DNA of 64,000 bases from assembly GCA_963733455.1 (NCBI GenBank), contig CAVTDE010000007.1:44854-108853 (forward strand), read 5' to 3'. Shown piece by piece: positions 48,529 to 59,054 of the stretch. Position 1 is the stretch's first letter; each line of letters begins with the position of its first letter. The stretch comes from an uncultured Bacteroidales bacterium. GTDB lineage: Bacteria > Bacteroidota > Bacteroidia > Bacteroidales > VadinHA17. The notes beneath the pieces are model-generated. The model did not search any database, was not told where the DNA came from, and saw nothing but the letters and a program-made list of their open reading frames with translations. A program made the position numbers and the translations under genes.

Positions 48529-48660
48529 GCATAGGCGTAAAGCCTTCGCGACCTTTGCGGTTAATGGATTTGGACTTTTTAAACAACCCTAATGTAAATT
48601 ATTGTTGCTCAGTTGCATTCAGTTTAATTCATAAGCTATCCTACTACTTAAGTTGACGCG
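48529..48660. repeat. Half copy (one arm plus terminus) of the MITE-like element
   Basis: gcataggcgtaaagccttcgcgacctttgcggttaatggatttggactttttaaaca...cagttgcattcagttt...cttaagttgacgc closely matches the left arm of copy A (30158-30260) read as its reverse complement. Confidence 0.7.
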
Positions 48661-48747
48661 GATGCACCCGTGGGGGTTTGGGGAGTGTCCGGATAATTCG
48701 ATCCCTGGGGAGGGAATAAATAAACCGGAGGTAAGCGGACCTCTGTT

Positions 48748-50853
48748 TCACTTTTTAATCACCTTTACCGATTTCCGGAAATTACCATTGTAAACAGTGA
48801 CTATATAAACTCCGGGGGGGATATCACCGGTCTCAACTACTGTCATATACCGGCAATTGGCTATTTCTTTCAGCAGTTTGCCATTAGCCGAGAAGAATAG
48901 CAATGTATAATTATCCTCATTGCTGAGCGCCACATTGAATTGATCGCCGATAAGTGTTGGCCAGACAAAAATATCAGGCTCACCGGAATTAGTTTTCCTT
49001 TTGATATAGACATATATGTTATTGCTTGTCACAGTCCCGCAGGTCCCTTTTACAATCACCCGGTACAGTCCGGTATTGCCGGCGTTTAAATTCTGCATGG
49101 CAAATTCAGTTCCGGTTGCATTGTTGAGGCGAGTGCTGTCTTTTTCCCACTGATAGCTCAGATCATGCCCTGCAGCGGTGACATTAAGTTTAATTGCTCC
49201 ACCAAACGCGACCTCCGAATCAGGAGTTAAACTGGTTATTGCGGTAAGCGGAAGGACAGTAAGATTAATCGGGAGGGAAGTCGCCGATCCGCACGATCCG
49301 TTAATCTTGGTTATGTAGATTCCGGAATTGTTCACCCTCGTACTGTTCAGGTTAACCTCATTTGAAGCACCCGATTTCAAAAGTGTGTCATTCCTGTACC
49401 AGGAATAGTTAAGATTGTAACCTTCCGCATTCACATCGATTACAAGCGGCTTTTCTGCACATAATATTGTATCCCCCGATTGTCTGAGGATATTTGTGAG
49501 TCTTGCAATATGAACACTCAGTACGGACCAGTCTGATAACGAATTATTATGTGTTACTCTGAACATTACATATACTTTGCCTGTAAAAGATGCATTCCAG
49601 TTTGCAGTTGCCTGACCGGATGTACCGGAAATACTTCCTGCACTTGTGGGAAAGAGCTGCCATTCATAAGCAGTAGCTCCGGTTACTGCACCCACACTAT
49701 AACTGCTTGTTGAAATTCCCTGGCATACGATCGAATCACCTGTAGGTGCCGGAGGAGTAAATGATATTTCAACGCCGGTTTTGGAAGTGATCCAAGAATC
49801 AAAAAGTGAAACGCGGGTATAAGCCCCATAGGTATCGCATCTGCTGCTCCCCCAGCTTACAATTCCTCCCAGCTTAAATTCGTTATAATATGGCACTACC
49901 AATGGACCTCCGCTATCGCCGTTGCAGGCATCCTTCCCGCCATTAAGGTAACCTGCCATCAGGTCAGTGGAAGGAATATCGGGCCATACAGTCGATGCCT
50001 GTGTATTTGAAATCAGGGGCAGCTGTACCTTTTGAAGAGTTTTTGGTAAAGTTTGGGGATTGACCACGGTCAGTCCGTAACCGGTAACCCATGCAAATAC
50101 TCCGGGGTCAGTTAGTCCTGCAGCAGCATCCCTTGCTGATACAAGTTTTATTGGTTTGGCATTTGGGTAATTTATTGTCTGTGTTAATTTCAGGAGAGCA
50201 ATATCATTTGCAAGGGTACTATGATTGAAGTTTTCATTTGCTATTACCTGGCTTACCAGATATTTCTTACCCTCAAGTCCGCTGACCGGATTATTTGCAC
50301 CGACAATGACTTCCATGCTGGCTGCCGGTACCGGATTTCCTGCATCATCTATGGTGCAATGGGCGGCCGTTAACACCCAGTCACCACTTATGATTGTTCC
50401 CCCGCAGTCAAAATTTCCGGCACGAAGGTAAACCTGCCATGGAAAATTTGAAATATCCGTACTTGTCCCTCCCGTAATCTTACTTTCTTCCTGAAGGATA
50501 CCGGTAAAAAAATAAAAGAAATGATCCCCCGGACCAATGTCAGAATTAATAAGAAGGACAGGTTCATTGTTGATGTATAACCTGTAAAGTGATGTATCAG
50601 AATTATATACAGCAGATACTGATATTTCAAGCCGGTACCTTTTATTGGCTTCAAGAACAAAAGGGATGGAATCATCCCGGAAATACTCATTACCCTGAAA
50701 GACAGGATTGTACTGCTCATCAAGCACAAGCCATTGTGATTCTGCAACATTTTTTGTTTTCACCATATGGACGATAACCTTCTGAGAAAACAGGGAGAGT
50801 GAGAAAGCCCAGATAAACGCGACCAGCAGAGTTCTTTTCATAACATTAGTCAT
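48748..50853 (-). CDS. Secreted trypsin-like (S1) serine protease with Ig/PKD-like repeats and a T9SS C-terminal sorting domain
   Basis: WVLTAAHC (His), DIALLKL (Asp), GDSGGPL (Ser). Repeated Y.W..D modules. The C-terminal ~80 aa (VWPTLIGDQFNV...GVYIVTVYNGNFRKSVKVIKK) is T9SS type-A-like. Confidence 0.9.
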   Translation of the reverse strand: MTNVMKRTLLVAFIWAFSLSLFSQKVIVHMVKTKNVAESQWLVLDEQYNPVFQGNEYFRDDSIPFVLEANKRYRLEISVSAVYNSDTSLYRLYINNEPVLLINSDIGPGDHFFYFFTGILQEESKITGGTSTDISNFPWQVYLRAGNFDCGGTIISGDWVLTAAHCTIDDAGNPVPAASMEVIVGANNPVSGLEGKKYLVSQVIANENFNHSTLANDIALLKLTQTINYPNAKPIKLVSARDAAAGLTDPGVFAWVTGYGLTVVNPQTLPKTLQKVQLPLISNTQASTVWPDIPSTDLMAGYLNGGKDACNGDSGGPLVVPYYNEFKLGGIVSWGSSRCDTYGAYTRVSLFDSWITSKTGVEISFTPPAPTGDSIVCQGISTSSYSVGAVTGATAYEWQLFPTSAGSISGTSGQATANWNASFTGKVYVMFRVTHNNSLSDWSVLSVHIARLTNILRQSGDTILCAEKPLVIDVNAEGYNLNYSWYRNDTLLKSGASNEVNLNSTRVNNSGIYITKINGSCGSATSLPINLTVLPLTAITSLTPDSEVAFGGAIKLNVTAAGHDLSYQWEKDSTRLNNATGTEFAMQNLNAGNTGLYRVIVKGTCGTVTSNNIYVYIKRKTNSGEPDIFVWPTLIGDQFNVALSNEDNYTLLFFSANGKLLKEIANCRYMTVVETGDIPPGVYIVTVYNGNFRKSVKVIKK

Positions 50854-51004
50854 ACTACTAAGACAGACTATTCCGGGAATAGTTTTATTCGCCCGGCAAC
50901 TAACTTAATTTTAACCCTCTATTATCATTGTAGTTGAATAAATGGATAAATTTGTTAAGTGCGGTAAGTTCAGGGATTTTTGTCATTTATCCGGTTATTC
51001 AAAT

Positions 51005-51391
51005 ATGATTGATTTCTCATTTTTATTAAAACTACTGAAATTCGGTTTAGTAGGAATTTCAGGTATGGGGGTCGATTTTGGAGTTACCTTCTTATTTAAA
51101 GAGGTTTTAAAGGTAAAAAAATATCCCTCGAACAGTATTGGATTCACCCTTGCAGCTACTTCAAACTATATTTTGAACAGAGTCTGGACATTTCACAGTA
51201 CAAGTCCCGATGTGGTTGTACAATTCTCAAAATTCTTTATAATATCAATATTAGGGCTCCTGCTGAACAATCTCACAATTTACTTCTTTACTGATTATAA
51301 GTTTAAGCTTAACTTCTATTTTTCAAAGGTAATAGCAACATTTTTAGTATTCTTCTGGAATTTCTTAATGAATTATTTCTTTACATTCTGA
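51005..51391 (+). CDS. GtrA family membrane protein
   Basis: LLKFGLVGISGMGVDFGV...YILNRVWTF pattern and 4 TM helices. The ATG at 51005 is preferred. Confidence 0.8.
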   Translation: MIDFSFLLKLLKFGLVGISGMGVDFGVTFLFKEVLKVKKYPSNSIGFTLAATSNYILNRVWTFHSTSPDVVVQFSKFFIISILGLLLNNLTIYFFTDYKFKLNFYFSKVIATFLVFFWNFLMNYFFTF

Positions 51392-51411
51392 AAATCAGCA
51401 ATTCAATAGCT

Positions 51412-53010
51412 TCAGGATCCTGTGTTTGGAGGGTAAGAACAAGTATCAGACTTAAAATCAACTAATTCATATATATAAATGTATTTAACAGCTTTATGGT
51501 TTCTGTCGATGACCAGGGTGTCTTTTGGAATTATTTTTGTAAAACAGGAGCCAAGCTCCTCCGGACTATGGTAATTACGCGAGTCGGTGACATAAAGTAC
51601 CCTATCATTCTCATTTAATTTCCTCGTTTTGTTTATCCAGTAATACTTGTGCATTCTCTCAATACTACCCTGGACAATGAGTTTTATATTCAGAGGATTG
51701 GCAATATAGTAATCCAGATGTGCTCCCGGAAACCAGTTATCAGAAACTATTGCAAGGTCCCGGCGGTTGGTCTCAGTTATCCCTTCTTCTGACAGGAATT
51801 TTGTAAACTTCTCCCGTGCCTGTTTCCATCCATACATATCAAGAGTAAAGTCATTTTTACCTGAATATTCAGACATCTGATAAGTTCTGAATTCAAGGAT
51901 CCCCGTTTTTATCTCAATTACTCCCAGCACAAGTATAAGGACAAATATCATCAATGCTGATGATAATGACCTTATTATAATCTTTTTCCTTTCTGGATAA
52001 ATATCAGCAAGATATTCACTGCTTAAAATGATCAGACAGATAAATGCGGGACCCGTCCAATGAGGGAGAGTACTGCGGAATAAGGAAACAAAAATAAACA
52101 CCAGGATAAGTGGTATTCCTGAATAAAGAAGAAGAAGATTTAAACTTGTGATTTCATGACTTTTTCCTCGGAAGACTTTAAAAAGTGCTATAACATAGAT
52201 CACTGACAAAACCGGATTCTGGTAAAAGAATTGTCCCAGATTGAATTGCATGAAGGAACTCAAATCTAAGGAATTGTGAAATAATCCTATCCTGTTTCCA
52301 TGAAAAGTGAAACTTATAAAGTCATTTTTTATGTTCCAGTAAATCACCGGGATCGATAAAATTAGTGTAGCCAGTACACTTAAATAAAGAGCCGGCTTTT
52401 TAAGCCAGATCCTGTTGTGGAAGAGGATGTATAATCCCACTCCAAACCACAGGAACAGTGAATGATATTTGCTCAGGAATGCCAGTCCTGTAAAAAAACC
52501 AAAAATGACAAAATTGGAAAGATCTGTTTTTGCCGGATTCTTTAGTGTCACGGAAGGCAATAAATACCAGAGTGCAAGTAGTATAAAAAACACCTGGGGG
52601 GCATCGGGCAAAATAAATAATCCGCTGATAATATTAAAATAGAATGAGGATATATACATTACAACTGCAAAGCCTGCCGCGCGCCGCGAATGTAACCGTC
52701 TCACAAGGTAAAAGAGAATTATAATATTGGCCGATGATAATAGAAGCGCCCCTGCCCTTAAGAAGAGCTCACTTTGAAAAGTAAGATTTAATGAGGAAAG
52801 TTGAATTAGCAGCCCTACCATGGGAGGATGGTCAAAGTGGCTCCAGTCGGGGAACAAAGCATATGTCCAATAATACACCTCGTCATTACCCAATTCAAGT
52901 ATACCTGCCGGTATTGCCTTGATTACAAGATTAATAGCAACAACTATCAGGAGGAAGAGTCTGTCTCTTTTACCACTCATATTGATATCTCCGAAGGTCT
53001 GAATATTCAT
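51412..53010 (-). CDS. Glycosyltransferase family 39 (ArnT/PMT-like) membrane protein
   Basis: N-terminal GNDEVYYWTYA...DHPPM block typical of ArnT-like GT-C enzymes, and more than 10 TM helices. An alternative start lies at 52980. Confidence 0.8.
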   Translation of the reverse strand: MNIQTFGDINMSGKRDRLFLLIVVAINLVIKAIPAGILELGNDEVYYWTYALFPDWSHFDHPPMVGLLIQLSSLNLTFQSELFLRAGALLLSSANIIILFYLVRRLHSRRAAGFAVVMYISSFYFNIISGLFILPDAPQVFFILLALWYLLPSVTLKNPAKTDLSNFVIFGFFTGLAFLSKYHSLFLWFGVGLYILFHNRIWLKKPALYLSVLATLILSIPVIYWNIKNDFISFTFHGNRIGLFHNSLDLSSFMQFNLGQFFYQNPVLSVIYVIALFKVFRGKSHEITSLNLLLLYSGIPLILVFIFVSLFRSTLPHWTGPAFICLIILSSEYLADIYPERKKIIIRSLSSALMIFVLILVLGVIEIKTGILEFRTYQMSEYSGKNDFTLDMYGWKQAREKFTKFLSEEGITETNRRDLAIVSDNWFPGAHLDYYIANPLNIKLIVQGSIERMHKYYWINKTRKLNENDRVLYVTDSRNYHSPEELGSCFTKIIPKDTLVIDRNHKAVKYIYIYELVDFKSDTCSYPPNTGS

Positions 53011-53042
53011 GAAAATTATGCTGAGAATATAATCACCCTGGT

Positions 53043-54266
53043 TCAGTTATTAATGGCTTTGATTTGAGTAAAGCCTGATTTATTTCCGAAAACCTTTAAG
53101 ACAGATTTGGTTCTGACTAACGGAGTCAATAACAATACGATAAGAACAATCGAGCGACAGACATATGTTTTAAATAAATTACGTGAGGGAGCAAAATCAG
53201 TTAGTTTGACTCCATCATATCTCAAAACAGGGTTCAAAAAATAAATTGTGCCATCCTGACATTCGATCTCGGTTCTGATATATGTGTCCTCTTTATTGAA
53301 CAAATAATATCCCATCGCAGAATTTGTTATCATCTTCCTTTCCGCTCCTTTCTGTCCAATAAATTTAATTGTTTTCACAGGCTGATTGAAACTTACTTTA
53401 AGCGTATCTCCATTAAGAGTAATACCTGTTATTTCAGGCAACTTCTCCAATCGGGATTTTCTTTCCTCAAGGGTTTTAAAAGAACCAAAGTTAAATTTAA
53501 CCCCGACCAGGCATCCGGTCTTTATGGCATGCAGGATAGAATCCCTGACCAGCTCTGTATTTATCAGATTAAAACTTTGACAACCATCATTAATCCGTGT
53601 CAGATGGTGGGTGTCATCATCAGCCATTAAAAATACCGGGTGCCCAGCCGAAAGAATAGTGTCATAATAGGAAGTAAAAAGTTGCTCATTATTTGCAATT
53701 TCCAGGCAGTCATAATTCGTAAGATACTTAAAATCATTAAATAGATAGGCCTGTCTTTTATCCGGATGAACTATTGTTAATATGACTGATGTATCTCTTT
53801 TAAGATGGTCAATGACGAATTGTTTATTACTTAATGTCTGACGGAAAACAAAATCGAGCCAGCTCACTTTCTTGGCATTTATTACCAGCTGGTGATTTTT
53901 AAAATATTGATATCCATGCTCATACAATGGGACAAACCATTCATTCCTGCTTTCGAACTGATTTATATTCTGATAATTTGATATGCCGATGATATTATAG
54001 TTGAAATACTTATAAAAGCTATCGAGATGCGGATTAACATTTTCACTTCCGTTTGTCAGACCAAGAAGTATGCGGGTGTGTGCGTGAAAATTAGCTATTT
54101 TCCATTTCCTGCTATCTATATTCTTGTAGGGATTATAAAGATATTCGCCCTTAAAACCTTGAGGTTCAGGAAATGTATATTTTGTGTTAACTACATATTG
54201 TAAGATGAGAATAGTTAAAATAAGGATTCCGGGGAGAATAAAAACTTTGGCCTTAAATATTTTCAT
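53043..54266 (-). CDS. Membrane-anchored hypothetical protein with PHP-like metal-dependent phosphoesterase motifs
   Basis: N-terminal TM helix. ANFHAHT (HxH), YEHGY, IVHP and ADDDTHH, in the order expected for PHP/CehA-type metallohydrolases. The assignment is tentative. Confidence 0.45.
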   Translation of the reverse strand: MKIFKAKVFILPGILILTILILQYVVNTKYTFPEPQGFKGEYLYNPYKNIDSRKWKIANFHAHTRILLGLTNGSENVNPHLDSFYKYFNYNIIGISNYQNINQFESRNEWFVPLYEHGYQYFKNHQLVINAKKVSWLDFVFRQTLSNKQFVIDHLKRDTSVILTIVHPDKRQAYLFNDFKYLTNYDCLEIANNEQLFTSYYDTILSAGHPVFLMADDDTHHLTRINDGCQSFNLINTELVRDSILHAIKTGCLVGVKFNFGSFKTLEERKSRLEKLPEITGITLNGDTLKVSFNQPVKTIKFIGQKGAERKMITNSAMGYYLFNKEDTYIRTEIECQDGTIYFLNPVLRYDGVKLTDFAPSRNLFKTYVCRSIVLIVLLLTPLVRTKSVLKVFGNKSGFTQIKAINN

Positions 54267-54577
54267 ATACAAATTCTTTGAAGTCGGCAGAGGCAAATGC
54301 ACGCATTATTTCTATTATGAATTATTGCACTGTTGATTCCGGCTTTCAGAAGGAAGCTGTCAATTTCCGTTATTGCTCTACAAACCAGCCAAATCACAAT
54401 ACCATTAATTAAAACAGACCTGATTTGTATTTGGTTCAATTTAAAATTCATGTGCCGGTTAATGATGTTCCGGAATTATTGAGCACATGACCTGAGAGTA
54501 AATGTGCGAAATATTATTGTAATATCCTAATCAGGTGGACATTCGCACACTTAATGGTTTTCCCCTACGCTCAAGGT

Positions 54578-54832
54578 TTAAGTTGCAGGTAAATAACTTG
54601 GGGCTGTTTAAAAGGTCTAAATCCATTAACCGCAAAGATCGCGAAGGATTTACGCAAATGCCGATAGCTATCGGCACGCAAAGAGCTAATTATTAACTTT
54701 TTAACTTTGCGTGCTTTGCGCCTTCTTAGCGTCCTTTGCGGTTAAAAAAGGCGTTTTCAACAACCCCAATTTTATTTTAGAATAGCAGACCTCTTCTTAC
54801 GAAAAAAACTCTTAGGTTGACGGTCTATGGAG
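54578..54832. mobile_element. MITE-like palindromic element, copy D (inverted relative to copy A)
   Basis: The core 54625-54745 is a near-exact reverse complement of 30257-30375, including GCCGATAGCTATCGGC. It ends in ctcttaggttgacggtctatgg, resembling the CTTAAGTTGACG terminus. Confidence 0.65.
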
Positions 54833-54979
54833 TCGGAGTCTTGCAAACCATAATCCGGAAATATTTAATTCTTCTCAAACAAAACTTATTTAAATCTGTT
54901 TAGCTCTAGTTCATTTCCCCTTATAATGTTCAGGTGGTAAATAAAGAACAGAATTTAATAATTTCAGGAGGATCCTGCA

Positions 54980-56887
54980 ATGACAACCGAATCAACGTCC
55001 AATCTCCAGTCAAACGGCGAAATATACTATCCTGCTTCCTATTTCACATCAGAAGAAAAGGTTCTTGAACGGGAAGCAAAAAACATCCGTGCAGAACAGG
55101 ATCTTACAGGTTTCTGGAGTGAGCGTGCTCTCGAACTTGAATGGTATAAGCCATGGGATACAGTTCTCGACGAAAGCAACAAACCCTTTTATAAATGGTT
55201 TGTCGGAGGAAAGGTCAATATAGTCCATAACTGCCTCGACAGATATGTCAAAACCTGGCGCCGCAATAAGCTTGCATTGATCTGGGAAGGGGAACCGGGT
55301 GATCAACGCACATTCTCCTACCATGCCCTTAACCGTGAAGTCAGCAAATTTGCCAGTGTGATCAAGGCAATGGGGATTACCAAAGGAGACCGTGTTACAA
55401 TCTATCTGCCTCGTATCCCTGAGATCGTGATTGCAATGCTGGCCTGTGCTAAAATCGGCGCCATCCATTCAGTTGTGTATGGAGGTTTTTCTGTGGAATC
55501 GTTGCATGGCCGTATCCTTGACTCTCACTCCAAGATAGTAATAACTGCCGACGGAGGCTGGATGAACGGGAAGATCGTCAGGCTTAAGGATATAATGGAC
55601 GAGGCGCTCAAACGTTCACCGAGTGTTGAACATGTGATTGTCGTTAAACGCACCGGACAGGAAGTGACAATGGAGCCGGAAAGGGATCTTTGGTATCACG
55701 ACCTGATGTCGTTGCCGATAGCAAGTCCGAAATGCGAAACCGAGGTAATGGATGCTGAAGATCCATTATACATTCTTTATACCTCAGGTACAACCGGAAA
55801 GCCCAAAGCTGTACTTCATACACATGGCGGCTACATGGTCGGCATCTATGCTACGCTCAGGGATGTATTTGATATTAAGGATGAAGACAGGTGGTGGTGT
55901 ACAGCTGATCCGGGTTGGGTTACCGGTCATTCGTACCTGGTTTATGGCCCGTTGCTTAACGGTGCTACCTCCTTCCTTTATGAAGGGGCACCCACATTCC
56001 CATATCCGAACAGATGGTGGCAGATGATTGAAAAATATGATATTTCCATCCTCTACACCGCCCCCACCGCGATCCGCGGATTGATGCGCTTCGGTGAGGC
56101 CTGGCCAAACAGGCATGACCTCTCATCACTGCGTCTGCTCGGGTCAGTAGGAGAACCGATAAATCCGGAGGCATGGAAATGGTATCATCGTGTAATTGGT
56201 AAGGGGAAATGCCCTATTATGGATACCTGGTGGCAAACCGAAACCGGAATGTTCATAATAACTCCGGTGCCTTCTATTGCACTGAAGCCCGGATCAGCCA
56301 CCCGTCCGTATTTTGGTGTAACAGCTGAAATCGTGAATGCAGAAGGGAATCCTGTCCCCGACGGCGAGGAAGGCTACCTGGTGCTTCTCAGGCCCTGGCC
56401 GGCTATGATTCGCAATATTTATGGTGATCCGGACCGCTATGTAAAACAATACTGGAGTAATTATCCAGGCAAGTATATGACAGGCGATTCGGCAAGAAGG
56501 GATCAGGATGGTTATTTCTGGATCATCGGGCGTGTTGATGATGTAATTAAAGTCTCTGGTTACCGTTTGGGTTCAGCTGAAATTGAATCTGCATTAGTGA
56601 GCCACCCGGCAGTGGCTGAGGCAGCTGCAATCGGCCTGCCGCATGAAGTAAAAGGAAATTCAATACATGCCTATGTTATTCTGCGTACAGGGTTTGATCC
56701 TTCCGATTCACTAAAGGAGGAGCTTCGAAACCACATTGGTCATGAAATTGGTCCGATTGCCAAACCGGAAGCTATTACTTTTCTGGACACACTGCCAAAG
56801 ACCAGGTCAGGGAAAATTATGAGGCGTCTTCTTAAAACACGTGCGCAGGGATTGCCTGACGGGGATATTACAACTCTTGAGGAGTAA
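54980..56887 (+). CDS. acs: Acetyl-CoA synthetase (acetate--CoA ligase)
   Basis: YTSGTTGKPKAVLHTHGGY, WWQTETG, and SGKIMRRLLK near the C-terminus. 635 aa. AGGAGG lies 8 nt upstream of the ATG. Confidence 0.95.
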   Translation: MTTESTSNLQSNGEIYYPASYFTSEEKVLEREAKNIRAEQDLTGFWSERALELEWYKPWDTVLDESNKPFYKWFVGGKVNIVHNCLDRYVKTWRRNKLALIWEGEPGDQRTFSYHALNREVSKFASVIKAMGITKGDRVTIYLPRIPEIVIAMLACAKIGAIHSVVYGGFSVESLHGRILDSHSKIVITADGGWMNGKIVRLKDIMDEALKRSPSVEHVIVVKRTGQEVTMEPERDLWYHDLMSLPIASPKCETEVMDAEDPLYILYTSGTTGKPKAVLHTHGGYMVGIYATLRDVFDIKDEDRWWCTADPGWVTGHSYLVYGPLLNGATSFLYEGAPTFPYPNRWWQMIEKYDISILYTAPTAIRGLMRFGEAWPNRHDLSSLRLLGSVGEPINPEAWKWYHRVIGKGKCPIMDTWWQTETGMFIITPVPSIALKPGSATRPYFGVTAEIVNAEGNPVPDGEEGYLVLLRPWPAMIRNIYGDPDRYVKQYWSNYPGKYMTGDSARRDQDGYFWIIGRVDDVIKVSGYRLGSAEIESALVSHPAVAEAAAIGLPHEVKGNSIHAYVILRTGFDPSDSLKEELRNHIGHEIGPIAKPEAITFLDTLPKTRSGKIMRRLLKTRAQGLPDGDITTLEE

Positions 56888-56927
56888 AGGATAGGTTGTA
56901 GTTTTTTTGTTTAAGGAAAGGTCCACC

Positions 56928-58841
56928 TTAATTAATATCCAGTACCTTTTTAACAGCCGCGATATTCTTCGGATTTACTATATTTTTGGCCTCAGGGGTA
57001 TACAGGTAGTTTATCCTGTCCCTGTAATATTCGACAATCTTACTTCTGACTATCTTCCCTGTACTGTTGACAAGTGAATTATCCTGGTTAAACGGTTCAT
57101 CGAGGATTGCAACAGCCGCAGGCAGCCATCTTGAAGGGAACAGGTTGTCATATGCACCTCCCTGCTTGTATTGATTGATAACTGACTCGATCTCAAGCAA
57201 TGCTGCTTCCTGTCCTTTTGAGTCAGAAAGGCTTATGCCCTTATTTTTTGCCCATTTTAACAATGTTTCCTTATTTGGTACCAGAAGCGCCGATGTGTAT
57301 TTGTTCTGATTATTATACAACATAAACTGATCGATAAAATGTGATCTGTCGGTTATTGTTTCCTCTATTCCTTCCGGGCTGTACTTTTCTCCATCATCTG
57401 AAATAAGCAGGCTTTTAAATCGTCCAAGCACATATAGGAATCCATCGCTGTCAACATATCCCATATCACCGGTGTGCAGCCAGCCGTCGCGGAGAGTCTC
57501 TCGGGTGGTTTTCTCATTTTTCCAGTATCCCTTCATAACATTTTCACCGTGTACCACTATCTCACCTTTTGTACCGGTTGGCATTTCTTTTCCTTCTTCA
57601 TCGCAAATCTTCAGGTCGAGGTGTTTAACTACCACGCCTGACGATCCCAGCTTATGTCTCTTCTCGGTGTTACCTGAGATCACCGGAGAAGCTTCTGACA
57701 ATCCGTAACCCTGAAATACGGGTATACCAATCGCATAAAAGAAGCGCTGAAGTTCTATATCCAACAGTGCCGCCCCTCCGAAGAAAAACTTAAGTCGTCC
57801 TCCCAGGTTTGCCCTGATTTTTTTAAACAGAATTTTATCATAGAGTTTATACAAAGGTTTAAGAAATATGTTAAATCCCTTTCCCCTGTCCCATCCGATC
57901 CCGTTGTATTGATAGGCAATCTTCATTGCATGCTTAAAAAGCTTTTCCGCAACCGGACCCTTTTCCCTGATACCCTTTTCAATACTTTTACGTAAACTTT
58001 TTGTAAGGGCGGGAGCACTAAGTATGAAGACTGGCTTTATCTCCCGGATATTAACTGAAATATTTTTAAGGCTGTCAAGGTAAGATTTGCCGGATTGGAC
58101 GGCTGCGAGACTTGCACCGACAGCCATCATTATGTAGATCCCCACGGTATGGGCAAATGAATGATCCCATGGCAGAATCAGAAGAGTGGACCACCATTCG
58201 GGAACATCCATAAGGGTTAATGTCTGTTCAATATTGGCGGTGTAATTCCTGTGCGACAGGATAATTCCTTTTGGGTCGGCAGTTGTTCCCGATGTATAAC
58301 AAATATTGACATAATCATCAGGACCGGCTGAATTGATGATTTCCAGAAACCTGTCATAATTGTTTAGAAGATATTCCTCTCCCCTTTTTTTCAGATCGCC
58401 AATATAAATCTCGTCATCTTCATATTTCTCTGCCGGGTCAAGAAGAATTACTTTTTTGAGCTCTTTAAGCTCTTTCTTTATGGAGTTTATTTTATCAATT
58501 TGAATACGAGAGACGATCACCCAGCTTGTTTCCGAATGAACGAGTCTGAATTTCAGATCCGCACCTTCCTTTATCGTGATGGAAAGAGGAACACATATTG
58601 CCCCTGCATGCAAAACTCCAAGCTCGCTTATTACCCAGTCGGTACGCGATTCGGAGATCAATGCAACGCGATCACCTTTCCTGATTCCAAGAGCAAGAAG
58701 TCCGGCAGCTACCTTGTAAACCTGCTTTTTGGTTTCCCTGTATGTCGTGGCTTCATACATGTCGGTTTTTTTCTCGAGAATATAGGTATTATCCGGATAC
58801 TTCTGTGAACTGCTTTCCAATAAATCGATTATTGTTTTCAT
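56928..58841 (-). CDS. Long-chain-fatty-acid--CoA ligase (AMP-dependent synthetase/ligase)
   Basis: YTSGTTADPKGIILSH AMP-binding motif, GYGLSE, GWLHTGDMGYVD. 637 aa. Confidence 0.9.
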   Translation of the reverse strand: MKTIIDLLESSSQKYPDNTYILEKKTDMYEATTYRETKKQVYKVAAGLLALGIRKGDRVALISESRTDWVISELGVLHAGAICVPLSITIKEGADLKFRLVHSETSWVIVSRIQIDKINSIKKELKELKKVILLDPAEKYEDDEIYIGDLKKRGEEYLLNNYDRFLEIINSAGPDDYVNICYTSGTTADPKGIILSHRNYTANIEQTLTLMDVPEWWSTLLILPWDHSFAHTVGIYIMMAVGASLAAVQSGKSYLDSLKNISVNIREIKPVFILSAPALTKSLRKSIEKGIREKGPVAEKLFKHAMKIAYQYNGIGWDRGKGFNIFLKPLYKLYDKILFKKIRANLGGRLKFFFGGAALLDIELQRFFYAIGIPVFQGYGLSEASPVISGNTEKRHKLGSSGVVVKHLDLKICDEEGKEMPTGTKGEIVVHGENVMKGYWKNEKTTRETLRDGWLHTGDMGYVDSDGFLYVLGRFKSLLISDDGEKYSPEGIEETITDRSHFIDQFMLYNNQNKYTSALLVPNKETLLKWAKNKGISLSDSKGQEAALLEIESVINQYKQGGAYDNLFPSRWLPAAVAILDEPFNQDNSLVNSTGKIVRSKIVEYYRDRINYLYTPEAKNIVNPKNIAAVKKVLDIN

Positions 58842-59054
58842 ATGGCAAAAATTAACCTGACCGTAAAAACTAAATGAACTTCAATCATAATGACAATACG
58901 ATTGTATACTTTATGAGTAAGATTTATCCAATGTACTAAAATATCCTGCTCAACGCAAATCTTTTATTACAAGCTGTTTCCAAATTCTCTCACGGTAATT
59001 AAATAAAAGATCCACGTTTTTATTTAAACAACCAAAAAGTATCTGATAATAGCT

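Noticed and set aside
54263-54451. 62-aa minus-strand ORF upstream of the PHP-like gene, and the MHLPLPTSKNLY N-terminal extension
   Set aside because: There is no signal or similarity. The downstream ATG at 54266 gives a canonical N-terminal TM anchor, so the upstream extension and ORF are probably non-coding.
54960-54979. Strong AGGAGG Shine-Dalgarno upstream of acs as evidence against a Bacteroidota origin
   Set aside because: This is a single instance, with a weaker one before the first SDR. Most genes here lack SD-like sequences, and the T9SS, HmuY and TAnnTTTG features outweigh it.
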